In this document: positions 10,017 to 19,185 of the stretch, one piece after another
Position numbering within the stretch: position 1 is the stretch's first letter
Layout: each line of letters begins with the position of its first letter
Origin: a virus
Lineage: Duplodnaviria; Caudoviricetes
Strand: one strand, 5' to 3'
Virus record (IMG/VR): IMGVR_UViG_3300036806_000045
Location: 1 to 61,059 of that record
Length of the DNA stretch: 61,059 nt
Translations under genes and position numbers: made by a program
Notes under the pieces: generated by a model
Databases searched by the model: none
What the model was told of the DNA's origin: nothing
Seen by the model: only the letters and a program-made list of their open reading frames with translations

Positions 10017-10852
10017 CCGAATCCTCCGACCATGCGGGTGATCGGCCTGCCGAGCGGGTTGGCCTCTGTGCGCTCGATGGGCAGCTCAGGGGCGGCGCCG
10101 GTAGCGGCGCGGGCCAGCCAAGCTCGCGGGTCTGCGGGCCGCAGGCTCTCGGCTTCTCGCAGGGCCTGCATGATGCGTGGGCAGTCGTCGTGGCTGTCCT
10201 TCAGCAGCTTGCCGAGGAAGGCTCGGGACTGCGCATCCGACGTGCCCACGAGCTGCCGAACGATGGGCAGGCCGTCTTGCCAAAGCGCGTCTCGGGCAGA
10301 TCGCGGAGCGCCGCCTTTCGACGCCTCGGCGTCCGAACGAAGTTCGGAATGTGATTGTGAATGTGAGGGGGTAGTAAGGGGGGGTATGGGGGGGAAAGGA
10401 GGGGGAGTTAACGGAAACTCAACGGGACTGCCGGTTTCGTTGCCTGCCTCGTTGCCTCCTTCGTTGCCTGCCCGTTGAACGGGCGTTGGAATTCCGTTGA
10501 CCTTTCCGTTGGAGTTTCGTTGCCTAGCTCGTGCCGCCGCCGATGCCTTCCCCGCTAACCTCCGTTGCTCTAAAGCGGACGACGTCGTTCCCAACTCCTT
10601 GTCGATACGCTTGTGCCTAAGGACCTCCCCGCACCGCTGGAAAAACCCCAAGATCGTGGCCCGCGAATGCTTCCATTCCTGCCTGTCCATTCTGGTCATT
10701 GACCGGAGCCGTTCGTCGTCCACGGGAAGCTCTCCAGATCGCGACCACGCTTGCATCAGCAGCAGAAGATATGCCCCGTGCTCGGCCGTGGTGAGATGCC
10801 CGGTGTCTCGGAGATAATCGCCGACATACAATGGCATCCATGCGGACCTCAT
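10013..10852 (-). CDS. DUF1376/YdaU-family replication protein
   Basis: WMPLYVGDYLRDTGHLTTAEHGAYLLLL signature; ATGA overlap at the start. Confidence 0.88.
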   Translation of the reverse strand: MRSAWMPLYVGDYLRDTGHLTTAEHGAYLLLLMQAWSRSGELPVDDERLRSMTRMDRQEWKHSRATILGFFQRCGEVLRHKRIDKELGTTSSALEQRRLAGKASAAARARQRNSNGKVNGIPTPVQRAGNEGGNEAGNETGSPVEFPLTPPPFPPIPPLTTPSHSQSHSELRSDAEASKGGAPRSARDALWQDGLPIVRQLVGTSDAQSRAFLGKLLKDSHDDCPRIMQALREAESLRPADPRAWLARAATGAAPELPIERTEANPLGRPITRMVGGFG

Positions 10853-11319
10853 GCCGAACCTTCCACCCGTTCGAACGTGACGCCCCACGCCCATGTCAGT
10901 GGCCACTCGGCACGCAGCTCGAGCAGCTTTGGCTCCGACGCGGGCACAATAATGTGGCAATAATGCTGATCGGCCGGGATATCACTGACCGCGAGTGCAA
11001 GCTGAGACTTGGCCTGGCGGATGATGCCGAACACCGTGTGAATGCGTGGCTTGATCTCGAACAGGCTGACGACCGTCGTGAGATTGACGGTTAGAATCTC
11101 AATGGCATCCACGTACGCCACAACCTGCCCACGGCGGCGCAGCGGTCGCTCGGCCTCAACCTCCCGATGGACAAATGCACCCTTGGGGACGGCCGCGACG
11201 GGGCGGCTTCTAAGGAAATCTAGGAACGCGGCTTGCATCGCGTCGTGGCCGCGGTCGCGCTTGTAGGCTTGGTCATGCGCGCCGCTTGGCGTCAGAGGGG
11301 GTAGGCCGCCGATAGTCAT
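10849..11319 (-). CDS. Possible PD-(D/E)xK nuclease-fold protein
   Basis: EAERP...YVDAIE...LFEIKP pattern; ATGA overlaps on both sides. Confidence 0.45.
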   Translation of the reverse strand: MTIGGLPPLTPSGAHDQAYKRDRGHDAMQAAFLDFLRSRPVAAVPKGAFVHREVEAERPLRRRGQVVAYVDAIEILTVNLTTVVSLFEIKPRIHTVFGIIRQAKSQLALAVSDIPADQHYCHIIVPASEPKLLELRAEWPLTWAWGVTFERVEGSA

Positions 11320-11807
11320 GCCGCCACCGCCATGCCCCTGGTGCCCGTCAGAAAGGCCCACGCGGCGGTGGCATCAGCGGCATCGTAGTCAGGGCCACCC
11401 ACCGAACTCGGCACGCTCCAGCCCTGTGAGCCGCACCACGCCACGACGTCATCCTTGGTGGCATTGCCGCGGCCGACAGTGCGCGAACGCACACGGTTCA
11501 CATTGCATTCGATCAGGCGAACCTCGCGCCGCCAGCAAATCACCTTGGCCATCATGGCGAGACCGAGAGCGATCGCGCCGGCATTGATGCTCTTATGGTG
11601 CGGGATGGCCGCCTCAATGCCGACTAGCGCCGGATCGAACAGCGTGATCCGGTCTGCTAGCCAATCGGCGAGCGCTGCACCGATCGCGCCGTCTTCCGGA
11701 CCGCGCCCGATCAGCTGCACGGAACCCATGCGCGGCGACTGGCCAGGCGCGCCCACACACCAACCGGTTGAGGTAGCAAGATCGAGCGTGAGTACTACGC
11801 CCTTCAT
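11316..11807 (-). CDS. RuvC-like Holliday junction resolvase
   Basis: LTLDLATSTGW, IEAA, GRGNATKDDV and DAADA motifs. Confidence 0.8.
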   Translation of the reverse strand: MKGVVLTLDLATSTGWCVGAPGQSPRMGSVQLIGRGPEDGAIGAALADWLADRITLFDPALVGIEAAIPHHKSINAGAIALGLAMMAKVICWRREVRLIECNVNRVRSRTVGRGNATKDDVVAWCGSQGWSVPSSVGGPDYDAADATAAWAFLTGTRGMAVAA

Positions 11808-12409
11808 GCAGCCGGCCGATCTTCCGGATTGCCTGATGTTGCACGGCGTCCCTGCGATTTCGGCTTCGTCAGTCCCTTCGCGAGATGCGCTTGCCCGCGA
11901 TGCCAGCCTGCGCGCCAACTGGTGAACTCGTCAGACGCTTCGGCTTGGTGGTGTGGATTATCGTCAATTGAACGGCCATTCAGCCCGGCGCGATAGCCGC
12001 CATCATCGGCATCGAAAATGCGCTGCTTCTGCGCCTCCTCGCTATCGTCGGTGAAGCGAATCGGTTCTTCTGACGGCGGGAACAAATCCTGCTGATGCAA
12101 CGGCATGTTCAGCAATGCCGCATAGCGCACGTAAGTGCGTTCCTCGTCGATGACGTCAGAAAGTTCGCGGCGCCGATCGGCTATGACACGCACCAGCACA
12201 TCCTGCTGGATGCCCGCCTTCTTCGCCGCCTTGAGCATGGCGCGACGCTGGCCAACGAGCGACTTGCGGGCGTCGTTTACTTCATCGATCTCATTGTCTT
12301 TGGCGATGATTTGCCGCGCGAAATCGCGGATCAGTTCGACGCTGGGGCCATTGTGCCCGGCTGACGGCGTTTCATCGGCACCATTCGCATGCCCGTTCTT
12401 CTTCGCCAT
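11804..12409 (-). CDS. GapR/DUF2312-like DNA-binding protein with an RMF-like C-terminal motif
   Basis: Coiled N-terminus with AKKAGIQQDVLVRVIADRRR...Y; C-terminal GYRAGLNG..NPH...WRAGW. Confidence 0.6.
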   Translation of the reverse strand: MAKKNGHANGADETPSAGHNGPSVELIRDFARQIIAKDNEIDEVNDARKSLVGQRRAMLKAAKKAGIQQDVLVRVIADRRRELSDVIDEERTYVRYAALLNMPLHQQDLFPPSEEPIRFTDDSEEAQKQRIFDADDGGYRAGLNGRSIDDNPHHQAEASDEFTSWRAGWHRGQAHLAKGLTKPKSQGRRATSGNPEDRPAA

Positions 12410-12450
12410 CTCTCTCTCCTGTTCAACGCGCTATCCGGCGCGGTTGTGTG

Positions 12451-13401
12451 TTACGGCCGCGCCTCGAACTGGAACGGCCGGTGTCCGATTGCGCGCGCCT
12501 TGGCGTTGACGGTCGCCAGATCGGCGCGCGTTTCCATCTGAATGCCCCACACGGCTGCTCTTGCGCGGATGGTTTCGAAGTCCGTGACGATCGGCGTGGT
12601 GGTGTCGATCTGCTGCTCCGGCATCCGAAGGGCAGCGGCGAGCCGGTTGGGACCGAGATTTGGCCGTGGCGTCGGGGCCTTCGCCGGAGGTTCCCAGCGG
12701 ATCCCGAGCGCGATCGCGCGCGCTTGCATCTTGCCTCGATTGGGGCATTCCGGTCCCGGCATCGCGGCAATCGCCGGGTGATAGAGCGACGGATATTCGC
12801 CAGCCTTGATTCGCCTTTCGAGTTCCGCCCGCCGCTCCGGCGTTAGCCAATCGCCAGGCTGACGCGCGACGATCTCCGGTTGGGGCTCATCCGGGGGCGC
12901 TTGGGGCGCCTCTACCACAAGCGTTGTTGCCGACGCCGAATACATCCGGAAAGCATCGGCTAATGTTACGGGCGCGGTGGTGTGGTCGAAACCTACCGGC
13001 CGCCTGAGACCGCGTGAGGATGCGCGAGCTGCAATGCCGCCGTTCGATACCGCGGGCCCGGGGAGTGCATTGAACTGCTTTGCAATGGCCGCGATGGCAA
13101 CGCCGGCCGGATACAAGATATCCAGAAGGGCACCGCGCTCAGGAGTTACCTGTGGGCCAAGATGCGCGGACTTTACGAGCACCGCTGGGGCATCCGGCAT
13201 CTGCAATACGGCAGATGGTTCAGGCGTCACGACGACCGGAAGTTCAATAGGATCGCCGTCAATAGATCCAAGGTCTCGCTTGATCGCCTCGGTCGTCAGC
13301 GCCCTGGCGTACAACTGGACCGCCGACGCCAGTCCGTCGATCGCCGCGAGCAGCTCGGGCGCTGGCCTCAACTCGACAACGATGGTGATGGCGCCGTTCA
13401 C
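12451..13401 (-). CDS. Hypothetical protein with two GcrA-like HTH repeats
   Basis: Two copies of TPER..L......G.....I...PGP......A..LG. Confidence 0.5.
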   Translation of the reverse strand: MNGAITIVVELRPAPELLAAIDGLASAVQLYARALTTEAIKRDLGSIDGDPIELPVVVTPEPSAVLQMPDAPAVLVKSAHLGPQVTPERGALLDILYPAGVAIAAIAKQFNALPGPAVSNGGIAARASSRGLRRPVGFDHTTAPVTLADAFRMYSASATTLVVEAPQAPPDEPQPEIVARQPGDWLTPERRAELERRIKAGEYPSLYHPAIAAMPGPECPNRGKMQARAIALGIRWEPPAKAPTPRPNLGPNRLAAALRMPEQQIDTTTPIVTDFETIRARAAVWGIQMETRADLATVNAKARAIGHRPFQFEARP

Positions 13402-13997
13402 GCCGCAGCATCCTCACGTCGATCGCGCACAGTCACGTACGCCACCTCGCAGTGGCTGCGGCAGTAAGGTCGTCCGGTCACTGCCGCGTCATCGCAGAAC
13501 CGGAATGCGCGCGTGCCAGGATCGCCGATCGGCCAGCAGCACGTCTGCGCAGTGCCGGCGCGCTTTTCCAAAACGCGTGGCGAATTATGCACGACGCTAT
13601 GCAGCGTCATTTCGGGAGCGCCTATGCCACCATCGGGCCGTCTGGCGTGGCGATCGCTAATGCCTATCGCGGCCTTGAGCGATGGTTGCTTCGGCGCGGC
13701 CGGCGGCAGGATCGCTGTTCGCGCGGCAATGCGCCAGTCAGGCACTGCTGCCGATGCGAGCGGTGGCAGCGTGGGACCTGCGGTGCGGCGCGCGCGCGGC
13801 TTACGCGGCTCGCCTGACAACCTGATCGGGCAGGGCCGTCCCGCCAGGCCCATGCGATGCGCCTTGCCGACGATGCCGTTCTTGCTCATGCCCATGCGCC
13901 GGCCGATCTCGGCGGTGGAGAGCTTCAGGTCCCAGAGCACGCGGAGCTGCGCGATCTGCGCGTCGGTCCACTCAGCCACGACGCACCGTCCGCGCAC
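13398..13997 (-). CDS. gcrA: GcrA-like cell-cycle regulator
   Basis: WTDAQIAQLRVLW...STAEIGRRMGMSKNGIVGKAHRMGL and CCWPIGDP...FC...PYCRSH; true start may be GTG at 13979. Confidence 0.85.
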   Translation of the reverse strand: MRGRCVVAEWTDAQIAQLRVLWDLKLSTAEIGRRMGMSKNGIVGKAHRMGLAGRPCPIRLSGEPRKPRARRTAGPTLPPLASAAVPDWRIAARTAILPPAAPKQPSLKAAIGISDRHARRPDGGIGAPEMTLHSVVHNSPRVLEKRAGTAQTCCWPIGDPGTRAFRFCDDAAVTGRPYCRSHCEVAYVTVRDRREDAAA

Positions 13998-14051
13998 GCC
14001 AGCGCCGGAACACGTTGTTCCACTGTTCGAAGCCGTCGAGATCGTGGCGTC

Positions 14052-14459
14052 TCACCGCGCGCCGTCCGCGCCACTGGGCGAAGTGAGCGAGCACGTCATA
14101 GAACCAACACCGCATTCCCCGCCCCTTTTTTGGAGGTCAAGCCGTAGCTGCATCTTCTGCATGCGGATTTTTTCCACTTCGGCCAGAAGGATCGTTTGGC
14201 GTTCGTCCAGGTGACGCTCGTACCGCGCCAGCAACCGGTCGTGCTCGGCGCGCGCGAGCTTCCAAATCTTGTCGCGATAGAACAGCGACTTGCTGCGGTT
14301 CGGCGACAGATCGAGCGCGCACGCGCCAGCCTCGATCGCATGCGCGGTCGGAAGGCCGGCGAACTGACGATAAAAACAGGCGACATCGCGCACGATGCGC
14401 ACGGCGGCTTCGAGACAGTCGCCGGCCGATTTGTCCGAAAAGTTTTGGGTGGCACTCAT
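14052..14459 (-). CDS. CII-like regulator (positional call)
   Basis: Downstream of cro and a terminator; HTH-like segment followed by a coiled coil. Confidence 0.45.
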   Translation of the reverse strand: MSATQNFSDKSAGDCLEAAVRIVRDVACFYRQFAGLPTAHAIEAGACALDLSPNRSKSLFYRDKIWKLARAEHDRLLARYERHLDERQTILLAEVEKIRMQKMQLRLDLQKRGGECGVGSMTCSLTSPSGADGAR

Positions 14460-15031
14460 GCCGCGCTCCGTTCAATCTGGGTTTCGCCAGCAACAGAGGA
14501 GCGCTGCGCGGGGGAGAAATTCACAGTGTCAGACAGAGCAAAAAAGCGGCCGGCGTGCTCAGACCAGCGCCGGCCGCTGAGTTTGAGGGAGGACAAATGC
14601 GCCGAACCGTCCCGCGTCGGCTGCGGATGCGCGCCCGCAGTGCGGACCGAAGGCGCGAATGGGGTTGCCACCGAATCGAGCACGTCACGCTCGGTGGCCA
14701 GACGTGTAGCGGCGGGGAAAGGTACCCGCACGCGCCCGATAGCGAGAATTGCTGCCAGCGCGCCGCCCAGCAGCCAGAGCGACGATGGCTCCGGCACGGA
14801 CACAGGCGCACCAGCCACGCCAGCACCGGCGCCAGGGGCCGAGCCGCCCCACGAGCGCCATACAGGGGGCGCCAGGAGCGCGGCCGCACCGCCCGCCACC
14901 TGCACACACACGATCGACGCCACGGCGGCCCTGACAGCCCGGCGCGGCCAGACGTGGTGCGACGGCGCGTGCCAGGCGCCCGTGCGGAGGCGCGTTGTCG
15001 GGTGGGACAGAATGGGCCAGCAGCGCCACAT
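14456..15031 (-). CDS. Protein containing a PEP-CTERM-like sorting motif
   Basis: SVPEPSSLWLLGGALAAILAIGRVR; TGATG coupling to the cro stop. Confidence 0.55.
   Translation of the reverse strand: MWRCWPILSHPTTRLRTGAWHAPSHHVWPRRAVRAAVASIVCVQVAGGAAALLAPPVWRSWGGSAPGAGAGVAGAPVSVPEPSSLWLLGGALAAILAIGRVRVPFPAATRLATERDVLDSVATPFAPSVRTAGAHPQPTRDGSAHLSSLKLSGRRWSEHAGRFFALSDTVNFSPAQRSSVAGETQIERSAA
14540..14578 (-). terminator. Intrinsic terminator (tR1-like)
   Basis: GCGGCCGGCG / CGCCGGCCGC stem followed by six T on the minus strand. Confidence 0.75.
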
Positions 15032-15234
15032 CAGGCGGCGGCCTTCGCGGGCGGAATGCAAATGTCAGGACGAAGGACATGCCGAGGAATGCCGGTCGCC
15101 CGCTCAACTGCTGGCAAATGCTCTGCCGGCACGCGTTCCCAATCAGCAACCGCTTGCCGAGTGATACCGGCCTCGCGCGCGGCAGCAGCCATCGCACCAC
15201 GTTTCGCCCGTAAAAGCTGCATTCCGTCGTCCAT
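15031..15234 (-). CDS. cro: Cro-like repressor (YdaS/Cro family)
   Basis: AAAREAGITRQAVADW..VPAEHLPAVERATGIPRHVLRPDI; divergent from cI. Confidence 0.88.
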   Translation of the reverse strand: MDDGMQLLRAKRGAMAAAAREAGITRQAVADWERVPAEHLPAVERATGIPRHVLRPDICIPPAKAAA

Positions 15235-15242
15235 ACGGATAT

Positions 15243-15283
15243 GTGAAGCACAGCTTGACGCGTCACGTCAAGTGATACTTGAC
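15243..15283. promoter_or_regulatory. Two operators between cro and cI (GTCAAG-N5-CTTGAC)
   Basis: GTGAAG-CACAG-CTTGAC at 15243-15259 and GTCAAG-TGATA-CTTGAC at 15267-15283. Confidence 0.8.
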
Positions 15284-15307
15284 GGGGCTTCGCCTACAAT
15301 CGGGGGC

Positions 15308-15646
15308 ATGAAGATCGGTCAGAAAATCCGAGAACGACGCACTGAGCTGAAGATGTCCTTACAGGACGTGGGAGAGCTCGTCGGTGTATCGCGAAATGCT
15401 GTCTACCTATGGGAGACATCAGAGGAAACGGAGATTACGGTCGTTAACTGTATAAAGCTCAGCGAGGCGCTCCAAATGCCTCTCGTTGACTTGCTTCCGC
15501 CTGAGGCGAGCGGTGAGGAGACTACGATCCGCGATCCGCAGGAGCTTTTATTGGTCCAGCGATTTCGCAAACTCGACGAGCAACAGAAAGAAGTCTATCT
15601 GCGACTTCTCCTGGTGATGCGCGAGGCCCCTTCCCAAGAAAGCTGA
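15308..15646 (+). CDS. cI: CI-like XRE repressor (112 aa, no S24 peptidase domain)
   Basis: IGQKIRERRTELKMSLQDVGELVGVSRNAVYLWE HTH; TACAAT at 15295-15300 ends 7 nt before the ATG. Confidence 0.88.
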   Translation: MKIGQKIRERRTELKMSLQDVGELVGVSRNAVYLWETSEETEITVVNCIKLSEALQMPLVDLLPPEASGEETTIRDPQELLLVQRFRKLDEQQKEVYLRLLLVMREAPSQES

Positions 15647-15693
15647 TATCGGCGATCGCCTGCATCTCAGCCGTCAAGTCAGCCAAATTATTT

Positions 15694-15735
15694 GTCAAGT
15701 TACGCTTGACCTGATTGTCTAGCTGTGCTTAACAT
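15694..15735 (+). promoter_or_regulatory. Two operators overlapping an early rightward promoter
   Basis: GTCAAG-TTACG-CTTGAC at 15694-15710 and GTCTAG-CTGTG-CTTAAC at 15717-15733; TTGACC-N18-TAACAT. Confidence 0.75.
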
Positions 15736-16277
15736 GCCTCCAACAAGACGGAGGCTACAGTGCTTCGACATTCCTCACCCTTCCTTCTGACAGCACACCG
15801 CGCTGAGCCTCACGGGCGTGTGATTATGACAGAGCAATGTCGGTCCATGCCAACCAGATTCGGCAGTGAATATAGCGTCAATGCCACGAGTTCACACCCG
15901 AAACGATGGGAGAGTTCTGTCACTCTCGCCGCGGTATCGTGCGTCTTTGATACGACTTCGATTTATAAAAAAATGGAAAGGATCGTCCATGCCACTTCGC
16001 ACGCGGCGATCGCCGCTGACGTGGAAGCAGATGCTCGACGCTGCGGATTTAGCGGAGGCTCGAATAAGCGAGGTGCTGCTCCACAATCGATTGCCGCGCC
16101 ATTCGCGAACATTGCTGAGCACGACGCGGCAGGAACTGCGGGCGATGCTGATCCGCGCCGGGCGGCGACCGACAGGAACGTTACCGGAGTAACATTCCGA
16201 AACGCGATTAATGGGGTCGCTCCTGCCGCGCTCCTAGCCGCCCTGCTCAACTCTCTCTCGGCCGTGGGTGCGTCGCT

Positions 16278-16580
16278 ATGACGCCGCGCGAGATTCTCAT
16301 CGCCGCCCGCGCGCTGATCGCCGACCTGAAGTCATGGACGCAGGGTGCGTACCAGCGTGACGCAAAAGGCCGCATGTGCAAGCCGGAGAATGCCGTCTGC
16401 TGGTGTAGCGAAGCCGCGATCTTGCGCAGCGGCCGAGGCTTTCCGGCACCAACATGGGCGGCAGCAGACATCCTGCAATCTGTTGTGGGTGGCCTGATTT
16501 TCGACTGGAACGACGCCCCCGACCGCACGCATGCCGAGGTGCTGGCCGCGTTCGATCGCGCGATCGAGGTGGCGCCATGA
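16278..16580 (+). CDS. Conserved phage hypothetical protein
   Basis: WTQGAY...CWCSEAAI...WNDAPDRTHAEVLAAFDRAI motif. Confidence 0.7.
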   Translation: MTPREILIAARALIADLKSWTQGAYQRDAKGRMCKPENAVCWCSEAAILRSGRGFPAPTWAAADILQSVVGGLIFDWNDAPDRTHAEVLAAFDRAIEVAP

Positions 16581-16840
16581 CTACCACCCCCTCAGACGCC
16601 CAGTTCCTGTCGCTCTGCATCGAGGCAACGCGCGTCGTGATGCAGGACCTCGGTGGTGAGCATCGCCCGTCGTGCGCGGCGGCAGACGCCTCGATTGATA
16701 AGGCTTTGGAATTTCTGGACGAGGCGTTGTCGTCGCTGCGTGCGGCGCGGCGTGAGGTTAAGTGCGAGTTGCTGGAGGCCGACGAGATCGAGGCTGGCGA
16801 CAAGCGGTATCGGTCTTGGGGTGTGGAGGTGGTGCGATGA
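16577..16840 (+). CDS. Hypothetical protein
   Basis: ATGA overlaps on both sides; starts MTTTPSDAQ. Confidence 0.6.
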   Translation: MTTTPSDAQFLSLCIEATRVVMQDLGGEHRPSCAAADASIDKALEFLDEALSSLRAARREVKCELLEADEIEAGDKRYRSWGVEVVR

Positions 16841-17037
16841 TTCCACCACCCCGTCACGACCCCGAGGCCCTGTTCATGGCGATGTGCGATATCCGCAACT
16901 GCTGCATATCAATCGGGCGTCGACGCACTGACGATCCGACAATCCGCGAGGCTCTGCGGAAGCTCGATTGCCTAGCTGGCGAAATGCACCTTGAGATCGA
17001 GACATGTGAGCCGCAGTCACCGCTGGTGACGCCATGA
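16837..17037 (+). CDS. Hypothetical protein
   Basis: GGAGG upstream and ATGA overlaps; starts MIPPPRHD. Confidence 0.55.
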   Translation: MIPPPRHDPEALFMAMCDIRNCCISIGRRRTDDPTIREALRKLDCLAGEMHLEIETCEPQSPLVTP

Positions 17038-17288
17038 GCGAGTGGCAACCGATCGAGACGGCGCCGAAGGATGGTAGCGCAATCCTAATTTATGAACCAA
17101 TGGGTCATTTCGGCAGGTTGCGTTGTGATTATCGAGCAGAGCGCGATGGTCCTATATTGGAATTCGACGACTACCGTTTTGCGATCGGATATTGGCGTCC
17201 GTATCGAAGTGGAGGTTGGGGCAATCGCAATTGTAGCGATGTAAAGCCGACCCACTGGATGCCGCTACCGGAGCCACCCAAGCCATGA
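17034..17288 (+). CDS. DUF551-like phage protein
   Basis: EWQPIETAPKDG...PTHWMPLPEPP. Confidence 0.8.
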   Translation: MSEWQPIETAPKDGSAILIYEPMGHFGRLRCDYRAERDGPILEFDDYRFAIGYWRPYRSGGWGNRNCSDVKPTHWMPLPEPPKP

Positions 17289-17530
17289 AACGCGCCACGG
17301 TCCACCTGGTCGATCGCAGCGTCGCAGAGGCGTGGCTGCGCTGCGGTGTTAAGCCGCCGGGCGATGGGTTTCGCGAAGTGCGGCGGCGCCGCGTCAACTG
17401 GGAACTCCTCGGCGCGTGGGTAGCCACAGCCGCTATCGGCGTTGTGGTTTGGTATGTCGCGCTGCTGGAGTTTACGCGCGGGCTGGAGTGGCTTTTTGTT
17501 GCAATAAGTGAAGGGAGAGTAACTTGGTAG
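17285..17530 (+). CDS. Small membrane protein
   Basis: One hydrophobic segment; ATGA overlap. Confidence 0.55.
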   Translation: MKRATVHLVDRSVAEAWLRCGVKPPGDGFREVRRRRVNWELLGAWVATAAIGVVVWYVALLEFTRGLEWLFVAISEGRVTW

Positions 17531-17781
17531 AAGAGCATATTCACATTGTCGTCGAGATGCCGACCGCTGACGGCCGGTTCGAACAAGCGCGTAATACGCT
17601 GAAGCTGGAGCCAGTGCTGGCCGCGATTGCAGACGCAATGGTGAATGCCGGCCTGCAATACCGTATATCGCACCAAGAAGCCCCCGCCGCGAAGGGGAAG
17701 AAGCCCCGCGCGCCGCGCAGTGACGCCGGCAAGCCGCGGGCGAAGAAGGCGAACGGCGAGGCGGCGGAGTCGGTGGTGTGA
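17524..17781 (+). CDS. Small basic hypothetical protein
   Basis: KKPRAPRSDAGKPRAKK motif; overlaps both neighbours. Confidence 0.55.
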   Translation: MVEEHIHIVVEMPTADGRFEQARNTLKLEPVLAAIADAMVNAGLQYRISHQEAPAAKGKKPRAPRSDAGKPRAKKANGEAAESVV

Positions 17782-18467
17782 TCACTTACTACAAGGATCT
17801 GATCCAGGGCAGTGATGAGTGGCTTGCTGCCCGCTGCGGATTACTCACCGCCAGCGAAATCAAGCACATCCTGACGCCCACGCTCAAGCTCGCTAACAAC
17901 GACAAGACGCGCGCCCACGTGTGGGAACTCCTGGCCCAGCGCATCACGAAATACGTCGAGCCCAGCTACATATCTGACGACATGCTACGCGGTCGAGAAG
18001 ACGAGATACTGGCGCGCGCTTACTATTCCGAGTTCTACGCGCCAGTGACCGACATGGGCTTCATCACCAACGATCGGTGGGGCTTCACCATCGGCTGCTC
18101 ACCTGACGGCTTAGTGGGCGAAGATGGCGCGATCGAGTGCAAGTCTCGCCGTCAGCACTTTCAGGTCGAGACGATCGCGGAATCAATGCTTGGCCAGGTC
18201 GCGCCGTCAGACTTCATGATGCAAACCCAGACGATCATGCTCGTGTCTGAGCGCAAGTGGGTTGATTTCATCAGCTACAGCGGCGGCCTGCCGATGGTCA
18301 CGATCCGCGTGTATCCGGACCCGGTTGTGCAAAAGGCCATCATCGATGCGGCGACCGCGTTCGAGGAGAGGCTGGCCGAGAAGATGGACAAATATGCGGA
18401 GGCGCTTTCGTCTCGGATGCGGCTGATTGCCACTGAGCGCCGGATAGAACAGGAGATATTCGCTTAA
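17778..18467 (+). CDS. YqaJ/lambda-exonuclease family recombination nuclease
   Basis: QGSDEWLAARCGLLTAS, MLRG..E, GCSPDGLV and IECK motifs. Confidence 0.92.
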   Translation: MITYYKDLIQGSDEWLAARCGLLTASEIKHILTPTLKLANNDKTRAHVWELLAQRITKYVEPSYISDDMLRGREDEILARAYYSEFYAPVTDMGFITNDRWGFTIGCSPDGLVGEDGAIECKSRRQHFQVETIAESMLGQVAPSDFMMQTQTIMLVSERKWVDFISYSGGLPMVTIRVYPDPVVQKAIIDAATAFEERLAEKMDKYAEALSSRMRLIATERRIEQEIFA

Positions 18468-18468
18468 G

Positions 18469-19185
18469 ATGCAAGAGCCACAACATTACGTCTACTTGCA
18501 CCGGCGAGCGACGGATGGCGCGATATTCTACGTAGGTAAGGGAAAGAGAGGACGCGCGTGGAGCGCTAGCGGTAGAAACAGGCAATGGAGATTTGTGCAG
18601 AAGAAACATGGCCACGGAGTGCAGATCATTAAAGACAGGATGCACGAGCCATGCGCACTTGCCATGGAGAGGATTATCATCTTCCACATAGGCCGTCCGT
18701 CTTTGGTTAACCTAGTTGACGGTGGTGGAGGCACGACCGGATGGAGGCACTCCGAAGATACAAAGAAGCGCATCGGAGCATTCAACAAGGGTAAGAAGGC
18801 AACACAGAAAGCGCTTGATGCTCTTGATAGGTTTAGGTTCCAACCACGCACCGAGGCGTGGCGAGCCAACATGAGCGTGGCGGCGAAGGCTAGGACTGCG
18901 AACAGGACACGCTCGCCAGAAACCCGTGCGAAGATTGCCGCTTCTCATATTGGGATGAGACCGTCTCCTGAAACTTTGGAAAAACTTAGAGTGTCACATT
19001 TGGGGAAATGTGGGCGTCTAAACTCCAGTTATGATCACACAATAAGGACTTTTGAACACCCTACTCATGGGATATTTATCGGCACCCAAGGCGATCTGAT
19101 CGCAACCTATAACTTGGGAAGTTCCTGTGTGTCATCGGTAATCCATGGCAAACAGAAGACAGTAAAGGGATGGAGGATAGTATGA
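18469..19185 (+). mobile_element. Free-standing GIY-YIG-like homing endonuclease with NUMOD3 repeats
   Basis: YVYLH...FYVGKG...R; repeats HSEDTKKRIG, SPETRAKIAASH and SPETLEKLRVSH; visibly AT-richer than its flanks. Confidence 0.82.

Noticed and set aside
14555-15307. Long N-terminal extension of CI shown in the ORF track
   Set aside because: It overlaps cro and the operators on the opposite strand; the HTH begins at ATG 15308.
15760-16281. Overlapping ORFs after the early promoter
   Set aside because: Several frames compete and none has a recognisable motif; an ORF at 15989-16192 is plausible but unsupported.
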